The position numbers and the translations under genes were made by a program. This document shows, piece by piece, positions 1 through 15,410 of a stretch of 64,000 nt of DNA. Under the pieces are notes generated by a model. The model had not been told where the DNA came from, made no database searches, and worked only from the letters and a program-made list of their open reading frames with translations. Source of the stretch: Eledone cirrhosa (lineage: Eukaryota); NCBI GenBank assembly GCA_964016885.1, contig OZ024741.1, positions 241,614,001 to 241,678,000 of the forward strand, written 5' to 3'. Numbering within the stretch: the stretch's first letter is position 1; each line of letters begins with the position of its first letter.

Positions 1-1260
1 GTGTTGTCAGTGTTGGTGGTAGTTACAGTAGAGGTTGTAGTGGTGTTGTCAGTGTTGGTGGTAGTTACAGTAGAGGTTGTAGTGGTGTTGTCAGTGTTGG
101 TGGTAGTTACAATAGAGGTTGTAGTGGTGTTGTCAGTGTTGGTGGTAGTTACAATAGAGGTTGTAGTGGTGTTGTCAGTGGTGGTGGTAGTTACAGTAGA
201 GGTTGTAGTGGTGTTGTCAGTGGTGGTGGTAGTTACAGTAGAGGTTGTAGTGGTGTTGTCAGTGGTGGTGGTAGTTACAGTAGAGGTTGTAGTGGTGTTG
301 ACAGTTGTGGCAGTGCTGGTAATAGTTACAGTAGAGGTTGTAGTGGTGTTGTCAGTGGTGGTGATAGTTACAATAGAGGTTGTAGTGGTGTTGTCAGTGT
401 TGGTGGTAGTTACAATAGAGGTTGTAGTGGTGTTGTCAGTGGTGGTGGTAGTTACTGTAGAGGTTGTAGTGGTGTTGTCAGTGGTGGTGGTAGCTACAGT
501 AGAGGTTGTAGTGGTGTTGTCAGTGGTGGTGATAGTTACAATAGAGGTTGTAGTGGTGTTGTCAGTGGTGGTGGTAGTTACAATAGAGGTTGTAGTGGTG
601 TTGTCAGTGGTGGTGGTAGTTACAATAGAGGTTGTAGTGGTGTTGTCAGTGTTGGTGGTAGTTACAGTAGAAGTTGTAGTGGTGTTTTCAGTGTTGGTGG
701 TAGTTACAGTAGAGGCTGTAGTGGTGTTGTCAGTGTTGGTGGTAGTTACAGTAGAGGTTGTAGTTTTGTTGTCAGTGGTGGTGGTAGTTACAGTGGAGGT
801 TGTAGTGGTGTTGTCAGTGTTGGTGGTAGTTACAGTAGAGGTTGTAGTGGTGTTGTCAGTGTTGGTGGTAGTTACAGTAGAGGTTGTAGTGGTGTTGTCA
901 GTGTTGGTGGTAGTTACAGTAGAGGTTGTAGTGGTGTTGTCAGTGGTGGTGGTAGTTACAGTAGAGGTTGTAGTGGTGTTGACAGTTGTGGCAGTGCTGG
1001 TAATAGTTACAGTAGAGTTTGTAGTGGTGTTGTCAGTTGTGGCAGTGTTGGTAATAGTTACAGTAGAGGTTGTAGTAGTGTTGTCAGTTGTGGCAGTGTT
1101 GGTGGTAGTTACAGTAGAGGTTGTAGTAGTGTTGTCAGTTGTGGCAGTGTTGGTGGTAGTTACAGTAGAGGTTGTAGTAGTGTTGTCCGTGGTGACAGTA
1201 GTGGTGATAGTTACAGTAGAGGTTGTAGTGGTGTTGTCAATGGTGGCAGTTTTAGTAGTA
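1..1260. repeat. 42-bp tandem repeat with 51-bp variants
   Basis: Unit GTGTTGTCAGTGTTGGTGGTAGTTACAGTAGAGGTTGTAGTG repeated; 9-bp insertion variants at ~300 and 980-1200. Confidence 0.95.
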
Positions 1261-1292
1261 TATGTAGTAGTGACAATACTGGTTATAGTAGT
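3..1292 (-). CDS. Candidate mucin-like Thr-rich exon (partial, runs off window start)
   Basis: Minus frame reads (TTTSTVTTTNTDNT)n with no stop from 1292 to the window edge; all length variants keep frame; preceded by non-repetitive TTITSIVTTTYTTKTATIDN. No start codon or clear splice acceptor found. Confidence 0.45.
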
Positions 1293-2450
1293 ATGGTAAC
1301 AGCAGGAGTGGTAGTCTCAACAGTAGAAGCTGTATTGATAATGTTCTCTGTGGTGAGATGAAGTTGTTTAACCCTAGGTCTGTCCTCTAACACTCAGTAG
1401 ATCATTGGCAAGTAGATCAGTATTTAATCAACCAGACAAATAACAATCCAAAGATCTATAGATACAGATATTAAAAACATAGCTTCAATGTCTCCTGCTA
1501 TACTATCACTGTAAATATATTCCAGTTAAACTATGCACAGCCTATTCTGTAAAGAGGTAGTGTTGGTGCTACAACACAATGAACCCAGTCCACCCTGTAC
1601 GGTGATAGGAGATAGTGTTGGTGCCATGATAAAATGCATCTAGTCCACCCTGTAAGGGGGTAGGAGCAGTACCATGATAAAAAAAAACATGTCTGGTACA
1701 TGCTATGACCTTTTCTGCTGAACCTCATATATGGTTCTGCAGTGAAGCAGTGTACCATCTATGTAGATTTTGGTGTTGTGTGTGGGTTGTAGTTGTTTAC
1801 ACCCATGTCAGACCTGAATGAGCAGATCTATATTTAAAGGTATTCCAGCTATGACCATCACCTTTTGTTTTGTATATCTAAGACTACACAGGAAAGAGAT
1901 GATGGCTAAAACCCTGAAAAAAATATTTTTATTTATAGAAATGTGCAAAATACAAAATAGGTTGACACTTTTCAATAGTTGAGAAATTGTCATAAACACA
2001 GGTTAGAGTAGTGATTTTGTCATCACGAGAAATGGCTATGATGAGGCCTAGAGTATTTAGGCCAGGCCCCTGTTTTCAGTGACTCTGTGGACACTCTTTC
2101 ATTCTGATAATCTGTTAAGACATTTTAACAACCAACATCTTGTTGGCAGTCACTGGCCATTACAATGATGTTACAGCCAGGCTATGGCACTCAGGCTAGT
2201 GATTCTGCTAGACATCAAGGTGATATCTTTTCGCAAGTCGCATCACACACACAACATGTAATTTGTATGAACATTCTGGAACATCACCCATTAATATTGT
2301 TATGGTTGAAAGCAATCATATTCATTAATTGAGGTGATAAATGTTTACAACATAAATGATGTTTTTTTTTTCCTTCTTCCTTCAACACCTCCTGCCTTCT
2401 GCACCAACACACACAAACATTTAATTTTGATTCACATTTATATATATATA

Positions 2451-2790
2451 CATCATCATCATCATCATCGTTTAACGTCCAGTACAACCTGTAAAGTGGT
2501 CATGTTGGTGTCACAACAAAAATGTGCCCAGTCCACCCTGTAAGTTTGTTGTGTTGTTGACACAACAAAAAGCACCCAGTCCACCCTGTTAGATGATGGC
2601 TTTGGTGCCATGATAAAAACATCCAGTGTACACTGTAATGTGATTGGTGTTAGGAAAGGCATCCATTCATAGAAAACAAGCCAAATTATAGATCCATATA
2701 AGCAAGAGATTTTCTCCTAACCTGATTTATTTCATAATATGACGACCCGTCAAACCCATCTAAGTGGGGAAAATGGATGTTAAAAGCTGA
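2451..2790. mobile_element. Decayed RTE-related 3' tail / SINE fragments
   Basis: (CAT)n-CGTTTAACGTCC at 2451-2480 and TTGGTGTTAGGAAAGGCATCC...AAACCCATC...GGATGTTAAAAGCTGATG at 2644-2792 resemble the RTE 3' UTR at 58305-58469. Confidence 0.55.
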
Positions 2791-2814
2791 TGAAGATAAT
2801 ACATATACATGTGT

Positions 2815-2849
<35 letters not shown>

Positions 2850-2959
2850 ATGATCATGTGGCCAATGTTAAAAACAGTAACCCCATGATGAAAAATTGTC
2901 ATACCATCCACCCTTCCTTGTTTGTCCATTCTTGTGTTGTGTGACGTGTTGTAGTGTTG

Positions 2960-5900
2960 TGTGATATTGTGTAGTGTCATGTGGTGTAGTGTGGCGTGGT
3001 GTAGTGTAGTGATATGTAGTGTCATGTGGTGTAGTGTGGTGTAATGTGGTGTGGTGTAGTGTGGTGGGGTATTGTGTAGTGATATGTAGTGTCATGTGGT
3101 GTAGTGTGGTGTAATGGGGTGTGGTATAGTGTGGCATGGTGTTGTGTAGTGATATGTAGTGTCATGTGGTGTAGTGTGGTGTAATGTGGTGTGGTGTAGT
3201 GTGGTGGGGTATTGTGTAGTCATATGTAGTGTCATGTGGTGTAGTGTGGTGTAATGGGGTGTGGTATAGTGTGGCATGGTGTTGTGTAGTGATATGTAGT
3301 GTCATGTGGTGTAGTGTGGTGTAATGTGGTGTGGTATAGTGTGACGTGGTGTTGTGTAGTGATATGTAGTGTCATGTGGTGTAGTGTGGTGTAATGTGGT
3401 GTAGTGTAGTGTGGTGTGGTGTTGTGTAGTGATATGTAGTGTCATGTGGTGTAGTGTGGTGTAATGTGGTGCGGTGTAGTGTGGTGTGGTGTTGTGTAGT
3501 GATATGTAGTGTCATGTGGTGTAGTGTGGTGTAATGTGGTGTGGTGTAGTGTGGCGTGGTGTTGTATAGTGATATGTAGTGTCATGTGGTGTAGTGTGGT
3601 GTAATGAGGTGTGGTGTAGTGTGGCGTGGTGTTGTGTAGTGATATGTAGTGTCATGTGGTGTAGTGTGGTGTAATGTGGTGTGGTGTAGTGTGGCGTGGT
3701 GTTGTATAGTGATATGTAGTGTCATGTGGTGTAGTGTGGTGTAATGTGGTGTGGTGTAGTGTGGCGTGGTGTTGTATAGTGATATGTAGTGTCATGTGGT
3801 GTAGTGTGGTGTAATGTGGTGTGGTATAGTGTGGCGTGGTGTTGTGTAGTGATATGTAGTGTCATGTGGTGTAGTGGGGTGTGGTGTAGTGTGGCGTGGT
3901 GTTGTATAGTGATATGTAGTGTCATGTTGTGTAGTGTGGTGTAATGTGGTGTGGTGTAGTGTGGCGTGGTGTTGTGTAGTGATATGTAGTGTCATGTGGT
4001 GTAGTGTGGTGTAATGTGGTGTGGTGTAGTGTGGCGTGGTGTTGTATAGTGATATGTAGTGTCATGTGGTGTAGTGTGGTGTAATGAGGTGTGGTGTAGT
4101 GTGGCGTGGTGTTGTGTAGTGATATGTAGTGTCATGTGGTGTAGTGTGGTGTAATGTGGTGTGGTGTAGTGTGGCGTGGTGTTGTATAGTGATATGTAGT
4201 GTCATGTGGTGTAGTGTGGTGTAATGTGGTGTGGTGTAGTGTGGCGTGGTGTTGTATAGTGATATGTAGTGTCATGTGGTGTAGTGTGGTGTAATGTGGT
4301 GTGGTATAGTGTGGCGTGGTGTTGTGTAGTGATATGTAGTGTCATGTGGTGTAGTGGGGTGTGGTGTAGTGTGGCGTGGTGTTGTATAGTGATATGTAGT
4401 GTCATGTTGTGTAGTGTGGTGTAATGTGGTGTGGTGTAGTGTGGCGTGGTGTTGTGTAGTGATATGTAGTGTCATGTGGTGTAGTGTGGTGTAATGTGGT
4501 GTGGTGTAGTGTGGCGTGGTGTTGTATAGTGATATGTAATATCATGTGGTGTAGTGTGGTGTAATGTGGTGTGGTGTAGTGTGGCGTGGTGTTGTGTAGT
4601 GATATGTAGTGTCACGTGGTGTAGTGTGGTGTAATGTGGTATGATGTAGTGTGGCGTGGTGTTGTGTAGTGATATGTAGTATCATGTGGTGTAGTGTGGT
4701 GTAATGTGGTGTGGTGTAGTGTGGCATGGTGTTGTGTAGTGATATGTAGTGTCATGTGGTGTAGTGTGGTGTAATGTGGTGTGGTGTAGTGTGGCGTGGT
4801 GTTGTGTAGTGATATGTAGTGTCATGTGGTGTAGTGTGGTGTAATGTGGTATGGTGTAGTGTGGCATGGTGTTGTGTAGTGATATGTAGTGTCATGTGGT
4901 GTAGTGGGGTGTAATGTGGTGTGGTGTACTGTGGTGTGGTGTTGTGTAGTGATATGTAGTGGCATGTGGTGTAGTGTGGTGTAATGTGGTGTGGTGTAGT
5001 GTGGCATGGTGTTGTGTAGTGATATGTAGTGTCATGTGGTGTAGTGTGGTGTAATGTGGTGTGGTGTAGTGTGGCGTGGTTTGTGTAGTGATATGTAGTG
5101 TCATGTGGTGTAGTGTGGAGTAATGTGGTGTGGTGCACTGTGGCGTGGTGTTGTGTAGTGATATGTAGTGTCATGTGGTGTAGTGTGGAGTAATGTGGTG
5201 TGGTGTAGTGTGGCGTGGTGTTGTGTAGTGATATGTAGTGTCATGTGCTGAAGTGTGGTGTAATCTGGTGTGGTGTAGTGTGGCGTGGTGTTGTGTAGTG
5301 ATATGTAGTTGTCATGTGGTGTAGTGTGGTGTAATGTGGTGTGGTGTATTGTGGCGTGGTGTTGTGTAGTGATATGTAGTGTCATGTGGTGTAGTGTGAT
5401 GTATGTGGTGTGGTGTAGTGTGGCGTGGTGTTGTGTAGTGATATGTAATGTCATGTGGTGTAGTGTGGTGTAATGTGGTGTGGTATAGTGTGGCGTGGTT
5501 TGTGTAGTGATATGTAGTGTCATGTGGTGTAGTGTGGTGTAATGTGGTGTGGTGTAGTGTGGTGTGGTGTTGTGTAGTGATATGTAGTGTCATGTGGTGT
5601 AGTGTGGTGTAATGTGGTGTGGTATAGTGTGGCGTGGTTTGTGTAGTGATATGTAGTGTCATGTGGTGTAGTGTGGTGTAATGTGGTATGGTGTAGTGTG
5701 GCGTGGTGTTGTGTAGTGATTTGTTATGTCATGTGGTGTAGTGTGGTGTAATGTGGTGTAGTGTAGTGTGGCGTGGTGTTGTGTAGTGATATGTAGTGCC
5801 ATGTGGTGTAGTGTGGTGTAACGTGGTGTAGTGTAGTGTGGTGTTGTGTAGTGTCATGTGGTATAGTGTGGCGTGGTGTTGTGTAGTGATATGTAGTGTC

Positions 5901-7670
5901 ATGTGGTGTAGTGTGGCATGGTGTTGTGTAGTGTGGAGTGGTGCTGTGTAGTGATATGTAGTGTCATGTGGTGTGGTGTAGGGTGGTGTCGGTGTTCTGT
6001 AGTGATATGTAGTGTCATGTGGTGTAGTGTGGTGTAATGTAGTGTGGTGTAGTGTGGCGTGGTGTTGTGTAGTGATATGTAGTGTCATGTGGTGTAATGT
6101 GGTGTAATGGGGTGTGGTGTAGTGTGGTGTGGCGTTGTGTAGTGATATGTAGTGTCATGTGGTGTAGTGTGGTGTAATGTGGTGTGGTGTAGTGTGGCGT
6201 GGTGTTGTGTAGTGATATGTAGTGTCATGTGGTGTAGTGTGGTGTAATGTGGCATGGTGTGGCGTCGCGTGGTGTTGTGTAGTGATATGTAGTGTCATGT
6301 GGTGTAGTGTGATGTAATGTGGTGTGGTGTGGTGTTGCGTGGTGTTGTGTAGTGATATGTAGTGTCATGTGGTGTAGTGTGGTGTAATGTGGCATGGTGT
6401 AGTGTGGTGTAGTGTTGTGTAGTGATATGTAGTGTTATGTGGTGTAGTGTGGTGTAATGTGGTATGGTGTAGCATGGCGTGGTGTTGTGTAGTGATATGT
6501 AGTATCATGTGGTGTAGTGTGGTGTAATATGGTGTGGTGTAGTGTGGTGTGGTGTTGTGTAGTGATATGTAGTGTCATGTGGCGAAGTGTGGTGTAATGT
6601 GGTGTGGTGTTTGTAGTGATATGTAGTGTCATGTGGTGTAGTGTGGTGTAATATGGTGTGGTGTAGTGTGGTGTGGTGTTGTGTAGTGATATGTAGTGTC
6701 ATGTGGTGTAGTGTGGTGTAATGTGGTGTGGTGTAGTGTGGCGTGGTGTTGTGTAGTGATATGTAGTGTCATGTGGTGTAATGTGGTGTGGTATAGTGTG
6801 GTGTGGTGTTGTGTAGTGATATGTAGTATCATGTGGTGTAGTGTGGTGTAATATGGTGTGGTGTAGTGTGGTGTGGTGTTGTGTAGTGATATGTAATGTC
6901 ATGTGGTGTTGTGAGGTGTAATGTGGTGTGGTGTAGTGTGGCGTGGTGTTGTGTAGTGATATGTAGTGTCATGTGGTGTTGTGAGGTGTAATGTGGTGTG
7001 GTGTAGTGTGGCGTGGTGTTGTGTAGTGATATGTAGTGTCATGTGGTGTAGTGTGGTGTAATGTGGTGTAGTGTGGTGTAATGTGGCGTGGTGTAGTGTG
7101 GCATGGTGTTGTGTAGTGATATGTAGTGTCATGTGGTGTAGTGTGGTGTAATGTGGTGTGGTGTAGTGTGGTGGGGGTGTTGTGTAGTGATATGTAGTGT
7201 CATGTGGTGTAGTGTGGTGTAATGTGGCGTGGTGTAGTGTGGTGGGGGTGTTGTGTAGTGATATGTAGTGTCATGTGGTGTAGTGTGGTGTAATGTGGCG
7301 TGGTGTAGTGTGGCGTGGTGTTGTGTAGTGATATGTAGTGTCATGTGGTGTAGTATGGTGTAATGTGGTGTGGTGCAGTGTGGCATTGGTGTTGTGTAGT
7401 GATATGTAGTGTCATGTGGTGTAGTGTGGTGTAATGTGGTGTGGTGTAGTGTGGTGGGGGTGTTGTGTAGTGATATGTAGTGTCATGTGGTGTAGTATGG
7501 TGTAATGTGGTGTGGTGCAGTGTGGCATTGGTGTTGTGTAGTGATATGTAGTGTCATGTGGTGTAGTGTGGTGTAATGTGGTGTGGTGCAGTGTGGCATT
7601 GGTGTTGTGTAGTGATATGTAGTGTCATGTGGTGTAGTGTGGTGTAATGTAGTGTGGTGTATTGTGGTGG
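2960..7670. repeat. 70-bp minisatellite built from GTGGT/GTAGT pentamers
   Basis: Unit GTCATGTGGTGTAGTGTGGTGTAATGTGGTGTGGTGTAGTGTGGCGTGGTGTTGTGTAGTGATATGTAGT; block 3541-4020 duplicated at 4021-4500. Confidence 0.95.
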
Positions 7671-7889
7671 GGTGTAGTTTTGAATTTGACTTATGTGTTG
7701 TAATGTAGTATAGCGTGTTGTGTGGTGTGGTATGGTGTTGTAGGATATGGTGTAGTATGGTGTGGTATTGTGTGGTATTGTGTGGTGTAGTGTTGGGGTG
7801 TGGTGTCGTGTACTAGTGTAGTATGAGGTAGTATTGTGTTGTTGACACTCCCTACAAACCCACATTGACACACCCTGCACACCCACACA

Positions 7890-8625
7890 AGTGTTGTGTT
7901 GTGTGGTGTGGTATTGTGTGGTGTGGTGTGGTATTGTGTGGTGTGGTGTGGTGTGGTACTGTGTGGTGTGGTGTGGTGTGGTGTGGTGTTGTGCTGTGTG
8001 GTGTGGTGTGGTACTGTGTTGTACCATGTAATACCATCTGGTGTGGTGTGGTGCTGTGTGGTGTGGTATTGTGTGGTGTGGTACTGTGTGGTACCATGTA
8101 ATACCGTCTGGTGTGGTGTGTTGCTGTGTGGTGTGGTGTGGTGTGGTGTGGTGCTGTGTGGTGTGGTGTGGTGTGGTACTGTGTGGTACCATGTAATACC
8201 ATCTGGTGTAGTGTGGTGCTGTGTGGTGTGGTGTGGTGTAGTGTAGTGTGGTGTGGTGTAGTGCTGTGTGGTGTGGTACTGTGTGGTACCATGTAATACC
8301 ATCTGGTGTAGTGTGGTGCTGTGTGGTGTGGTGTGGTGTAGTGTAGTGTGGTGTGGTGTAGTGCTGTGTGGTGTGGTACTGTGTGGTACCATGTAATACC
8401 ATCTGGTGTAGTGTGGTGCTGTGTGGTGTGGTGTGGTGTAGTGTAGTGTGGTGTGGTGTAGTGCTGTGTGGTGTGGTACTGTGTGGTACCATGTAATACC
8501 ATCTGGTGTAGTGTGGTGCTGTGTGGTGTGGTGTAGTGTAGTGTGGTGTGGTGTAGTGCTGTGTGGTGTGGTACTGTGTGGTACCATGTAATACCATCTG
8601 GTGTGGTGTGGTGTAGTGCTGTGTG
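7890..8625. repeat. GTGGT pentamer array with 100-bp higher-order unit
   Basis: GTGTGGTACCATGTAATACCATCTGG recurs at 8181, 8281, 8381, 8481. Confidence 0.9.
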
Positions 8626-8880
8626 AGACTTGAACCAATCAACCATAGCTCTATTATACCATCTTGGCAGTGAACATACTGTGTGTCCTTCATAGTTTAG
8701 CAACAGGGAGTTATCTGGTCGGATGCACCAATCATCATCATCATCGTCATCATCATAACTAACATCATCATCATCATCATCACCAACACCATCTCCAAGA
8801 CCATCATCATCCTCACTGACACCATATCATCACCATCACACCAACATTATCTCGAAGACCCTTATCCTCATCATTAGCAT

Positions 8881-9030
8881 TAGCGTAGTTACCTCCCTTT
8901 ACGTTCTGGGTTCAAATCCCGCCGAGGTTAACTTTGCCTTTCATCCTCACGGGGTTGATAAAATAAAGTACCAGTAATGCACTGGGATAATTGCTAGCCT
9001 TGTGCCAAAAGTAGAAATAATTATCATTAC
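8881..9030 (+). mobile_element. tRNA-derived SINE (family A), in (CAT)n
   Basis: B-box-like GGGTTCAAATCCC followed by GCCGAGGTTAACTTTGCCTTTCATCC...AAAATAAAGTACCAGTAA...GCCTTGTGCCAAAAGTAGAAA; four more copies in the window. Confidence 0.8.
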
Positions 9031-9031
9031 T

Positions 9032-9062
<31 letters not shown>

Positions 9063-9734
9063 GTAGAAAGTAGAAATAATTATCATTACTATCATCATCA
9101 TCATCATCATCATCACCAACAGCATCTCCAAGACCGTCATCATCATAATCAAAGCCATTATCCTCACTGATACCATATCATCATCATCATCACACCAACA
9201 ACATTATCTCCAAGACCATCACCATCATCATCATTATCATCATCATCATCACTGACACCACCATCATCATCATCAACAATATTTGCAGATAACCGAATAA
9301 GACATTAAATAGATTAATCAAGTGTTTTATAAAGCTTTTGGACCCAGTGTGATTGATGCTAGATTGAATAGCCTAACTTTAGTGCACTGATCAACTTCCA
9401 CCAACTACTGCTACCACTGTTGTATCTCCCACTACCCTGTGTCCTCCCACTTTCCACGTACAACATATACTGGTTGGGTATTGAAATGTAAACACCTCTC
9501 CAATAGCAGGTATATGAGAAACAAAAATAAACAATATTTATATTTATATTTGACCTCCTGTCTGACGACACTGCATTGAATAATGACCATTTGATGCCTT
9601 TGAAATGGGCATAATGATGTAATGAAATAAACTGATGTTGAATATGTGATACTATCTCTTCCCTATCTTGATATATATGTATATATATATTTGTGTGTTC
9701 TATTTGTGTGGGGGATGCATATATGTATAAATCT

Positions 9735-10940
<1,206 letters not shown>

Positions 10941-11042
10941 CATACATAAGTACACACTCACTCTATATAACACTTACCTCTCACCATTACCCACATCATA
11001 CCCATGATGTAATTTTTTTCAAATAACTAACAATCTGACTGA

Positions 11043-12830
11043 ATGCATACACACACATACACAAATGTACATACACACACATGCATACACACTCACAAAT
11101 ATACACACACATACACAAATGTACATACACACACATGCATACACACTCACAAATATACACATACATACACAAATGTACATACGCACACATGCATACACAC
11201 TCACAAATATACACATACATACACAAATGTACATACACACACATGCATACACACTCACAAATATACACATACATACACAAATGTACATACGCACACATGC
11301 ATACACACTCACAAATATACACATACATACACAAATGTACATACACACATATGCATACACACTCACAAATATACACATACGTACACAAAAGTACATATAC
11401 ACACATGCATACACACTCACAAATATACACACACGTACACAAATGTACATACGCACACATGCATACACACTCACAAATATACACACACATACACAAATGT
11501 ACATACACACACATACATACACACTCACAAATATACACATACATACACAAATGTACATACGCACACATGCATACACACTCACAAATATACACATACATAC
11601 ACGAATGTACATACACACATATGCATACACACTCACAAATATACACATACGTACACAAAAGTACATATACACACATGCATACACACTCACAAATATACAC
11701 ATACATACACAAATGTACATACGCACACTTGCATACACACTCACAAATATACACACACATACACAAATGTACATACACACACATGCATACACACTCACAA
11801 ATATACACACACATACACAAAAGTACATACACACACATGCATACACACTCACAAATATACACATACATACACAAATGTACATACGCACACATGCATACAC
11901 ACTCACAAATATACACATACATACACAAATGTACATACGCACACATGCATATACACTCACGAATATACACACACATACATAAATGTACATACACACACAT
12001 GCATACACACTCACAAATATACACATACATACACAAATGTACATATACACACATGCATACACACTCACAAATATACACATACATACACAAAAGTACATAC
12101 ACACACATGCATACACACTCACAAATATACACACACATACACAAAAGTACATACACACACATGCATACACACTCACGAATATATACACACATACATAAAT
12201 GTACATACACACACATGCATACACACTCACAAATATACACATACATACACAAATGTACATACACACACATGCATACACACTCACAAATATACACATACAT
12301 ACACAAATGTACATACCCACACATGCATACACACTCACAAATATACACATACATACACAAATGTACATACGCACACATGCATACACACTCACAAATATAC
12401 ACATACATACGCACACATGCATACACACTCACAAATATACACATACATACACAAATGTACATACGCACACATGCAGACACACTCACAAATATACACATAC
12501 ATACACAAATGTACATACGCACACATGCATACACACTCACAAATATACACATACATACACAAATGTACATACGCACACATGCATACACACTCACAAATAT
12601 ACACACACATACACAAATGTACATACGCACACATACATACACACTCACAAATATACACATACATACACAAATGTACATATACACACATGCATACACACTC
12701 ACAAATATACACATACATACACAAATGTACATACGCACACATGCATACACACTCACAAATATACACATACATACACGAATGTACATACGCACACATGCAT
12801 ACACACGCACAAATATACACACACATACAC
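11043..12830. repeat. 54-bp CA-rich minisatellite
   Basis: Unit ATGCATACACACTCACAAATATACACATACATACACAAATGTACATACGCACAC; 18-aa periodicity in the ORF track. Confidence 0.95.
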
Positions 12831-12984
12831 AGACACAGTCACGCAAAGAGTAAATTTTCACTTTTTTTTTCACCCTAATAACATCAAATTTCTCCGTTTT
12901 CAATTGTAAATTAATGGTATAGTTGTGGTGTGGTGGTGTGGTGGTGTGGTGGTGTGGTGGTGTAGTGTTATAGCGGTGGTGTAG

Positions 12985-14310
12985 TGGTGGTTTTAATGGA
13001 ATTGTAGTAGTGTTGTGGTGGTTTTAATGGAATTGTAGTGGTGTAGTGGTGGTTCTAATGGAATTGTTGTGGTGTAGTGGTGGTTTTAATGGAATTGTAG
13101 TGGTGTAGTGGTGGTTTTTATGAAATTGTAGTGGTGTAGTGGTGGTTTTAAAGGAATTGTAGTGGTGTAGTGGTGATTTTAAGGGAATTGTAGTAGTGTA
13201 GTGGTGGTTCAAATGGAATTGTAGTGGTGTAGTGGTGGTTTTAATCGAATTGTAGTGGTGTAGTGGTGGTTTTAAAGGAATTGTAGTGGTGTAGTGGTGG
13301 TTTTAATGGAATTGTAGTGGTGTAGTGGTGGTTTTAATGGAATTGTAGTGGTGTAGTGGTGGTTTTAATGGAATTGTAGTGGTGTAGTGGTGGTTTTAAT
13401 GGAATTGTAGTGGTGTAGTGGCGGTTTTAATGGAATTGTAGTGGTGTAGTGGTGGTTTTAATGGAATTGTACTGGTGTAGTGGTGGTTTTAAAGGAATTG
13501 TAGTGGTGTAGTGGTGGTTTTAATGGAATTGTAGTGGTGTAGTCGTGGTTTTAATGGAATTGTAGTGGTGTAGTGGTGGTTTTAATGGAATTGTAGTGGT
13601 GTAGTGGGGTTTTAATGGAATTGTAGTGGTGTATTGTTGGTTTTAATGGAATTTTAGTGGCATAATGGTGGTTTTAATGGAATTGTAGTGGTGTAGTGGT
13701 GGTTTTAATGGAATTGTAGTGGTGTAGTGGTGGTTTTAATGGGATTGTAGTGGTGTAGTGGTGGTTTTAATGGAATTGTAGTGGTGTAGTGGGGGTTTTA
13801 ATGGAATTGTAGTGGTGTAGTGGTGGTTTTAATGGAATTTTAGTGGCATATTGGTGGTTTTAATGGAATTTTAGTGGCGTAGTGGTGGTTTTAATGGAAA
13901 TGTAGTGGTGTAGTGGTGGTTTTAGTGGAATTTTAGTGGTGTAGTGGTGGTTTTAATGGAATTTTAGTGGGGTAGTGGTGGTTTTAATGGAATTGTAGTG
14001 GCGTAGCGGTGGTTTTAAGGGAATTGTAGTGGCGTAGTGGTGGTTTTAATGGAATTTTAGTGGTGTAGTGGTGGTTTTAATGGAATTGTAGTGGTGTAGT
14101 GGTGGTTTTAATGGAATTTTAGTGGTGTAGTGGTGGTTTTAATGGAATTGTAGTGGTGTAGTTGTGGTTTTAACGGAATTGTATTGGTGTAGTGGTGGTT
14201 TTAATGGAATTTAGTGGTGTAGTGGTGGTTTTAATGGAATTGTAGTGGTGTAGTGGTGGTTTTAAAGGAATTGTAGTGGTAGTGTTGGTGTAGTTGTGGT
14301 TTTAATGGTG
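12985..14310. repeat. 31-bp minisatellite
   Basis: Unit GGTTTTAATGGAATTGTAGTGGTGTAGTGGT (e.g. 13301, 13332). Confidence 0.95.
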
Positions 14311-14654
14311 GTGTCTGTGTACGGGTGTAGTCAGGTTGTAATTGTAGTGTTTCTGAGATGTAGTTGTCGTGGTGTAGTGGTATTGTACTGGTGCCGGTGT
14401 GGTGTAGTGTAGTGGGTGTATTGGTGTGGTGGCATAGTGGTGGTTTCTGTGTGGTGTAGTTCTAGTAGCGTAGTGGTTGTTTTAGGTGTGTTTCTGTAGA
14501 GTTGTTGTAGTGGTGGTGTAGTTGTGATGTGTGTGGTATGGTAGTAGTAGGTGTAGTGGTGGTACTAGTGCAGTGTAGTGGGTGTATGGGTGTGGTGGCA
14601 TAGCAGTGTTGTGGTGTAGTGGTGCTTTGTCTGAAGTAGGGACTTTGATGCTGT

Positions 14655-15355
14655 GGTGGTTCTGTTGTAGTGACAGTGGTGGTCGTGGTGTAATGGAGGT
14701 TTTGTAGTGAGAGTGGTGGTGGTGTAATGGTGGTTCTGTTGTAGTCATAGTGGTGGTGGTGTAATGGAGGTTATGTTGTAGTGACAGTGGTGGTGGTGTA
14801 ATGGAGGTTCTCTTGTAGTGATAGTGGTGGTGGTGTAATGGAGGTTCTGTTGTAGTGACAGTGGTGGTGGTGTAATGGAGGTTCTCTTGTAGTGATAGTG
14901 GTGGTGGTGTAATGGAGGTTCTGTTGTAGTGAGAGTGGTGGTGGTGTAATGGAGGTTCTGTTGTAGTGACAGTGGTGGTGGTGTAATGGAGGTTCTGTTG
15001 TAGTGATAGTGGTGGTGGTGTAATGGAGGTTCTGTTGTAGTGATAGTGGTGGTGGTGGTGTAATGGAGGTTCTCTTGTAGTGATAGTGGTGGTGGTGTTG
15101 TAATAGAGGTTATGTTGTAGTGACAGTGGTGGTGGTGTAATGGAGGTTTTGTAGTGAGAGTGGTGGTGGTGTAATGGAGGTTCTGTTGTAGTGACAGTGG
15201 TGGTGGTGTAATGGAGTTTCTCTTGTAGTGATAGTGCTGGTGGTGTAATGGAGGTTTTGTAGTGTTAGTGGTGGTGGTGTAATGGAGGTTCTGTATTGAT
15301 GGTGGTGGTGGTGTAATGGATGTTTTGTAGTGTTATTGGTGGTGGTGTAATGGAG
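14655..15355. repeat. 37-bp minisatellite
   Basis: Unit GTAATGGAGGTTCTGTTGTAGTGACAGTGGTGGTGGT (14761, 14798). Confidence 0.9.
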
Positions 15356-15410
15356 ATGTAATAGTGGTGTTATAATTGTAGTGCTCATGGTTGTCTTATA
15401 GATATATAGT

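Noticed and set aside
1-1299. 432-aa poly-Val ORF on +
   Set aside because: Implausible composition; it is the antisense shadow of the Thr-rich minus frame.
8906-8925. GGGTTCAAATCCC as a tRNA gene
   Set aside because: No cloverleaf; it is the B box of a multi-copy SINE.
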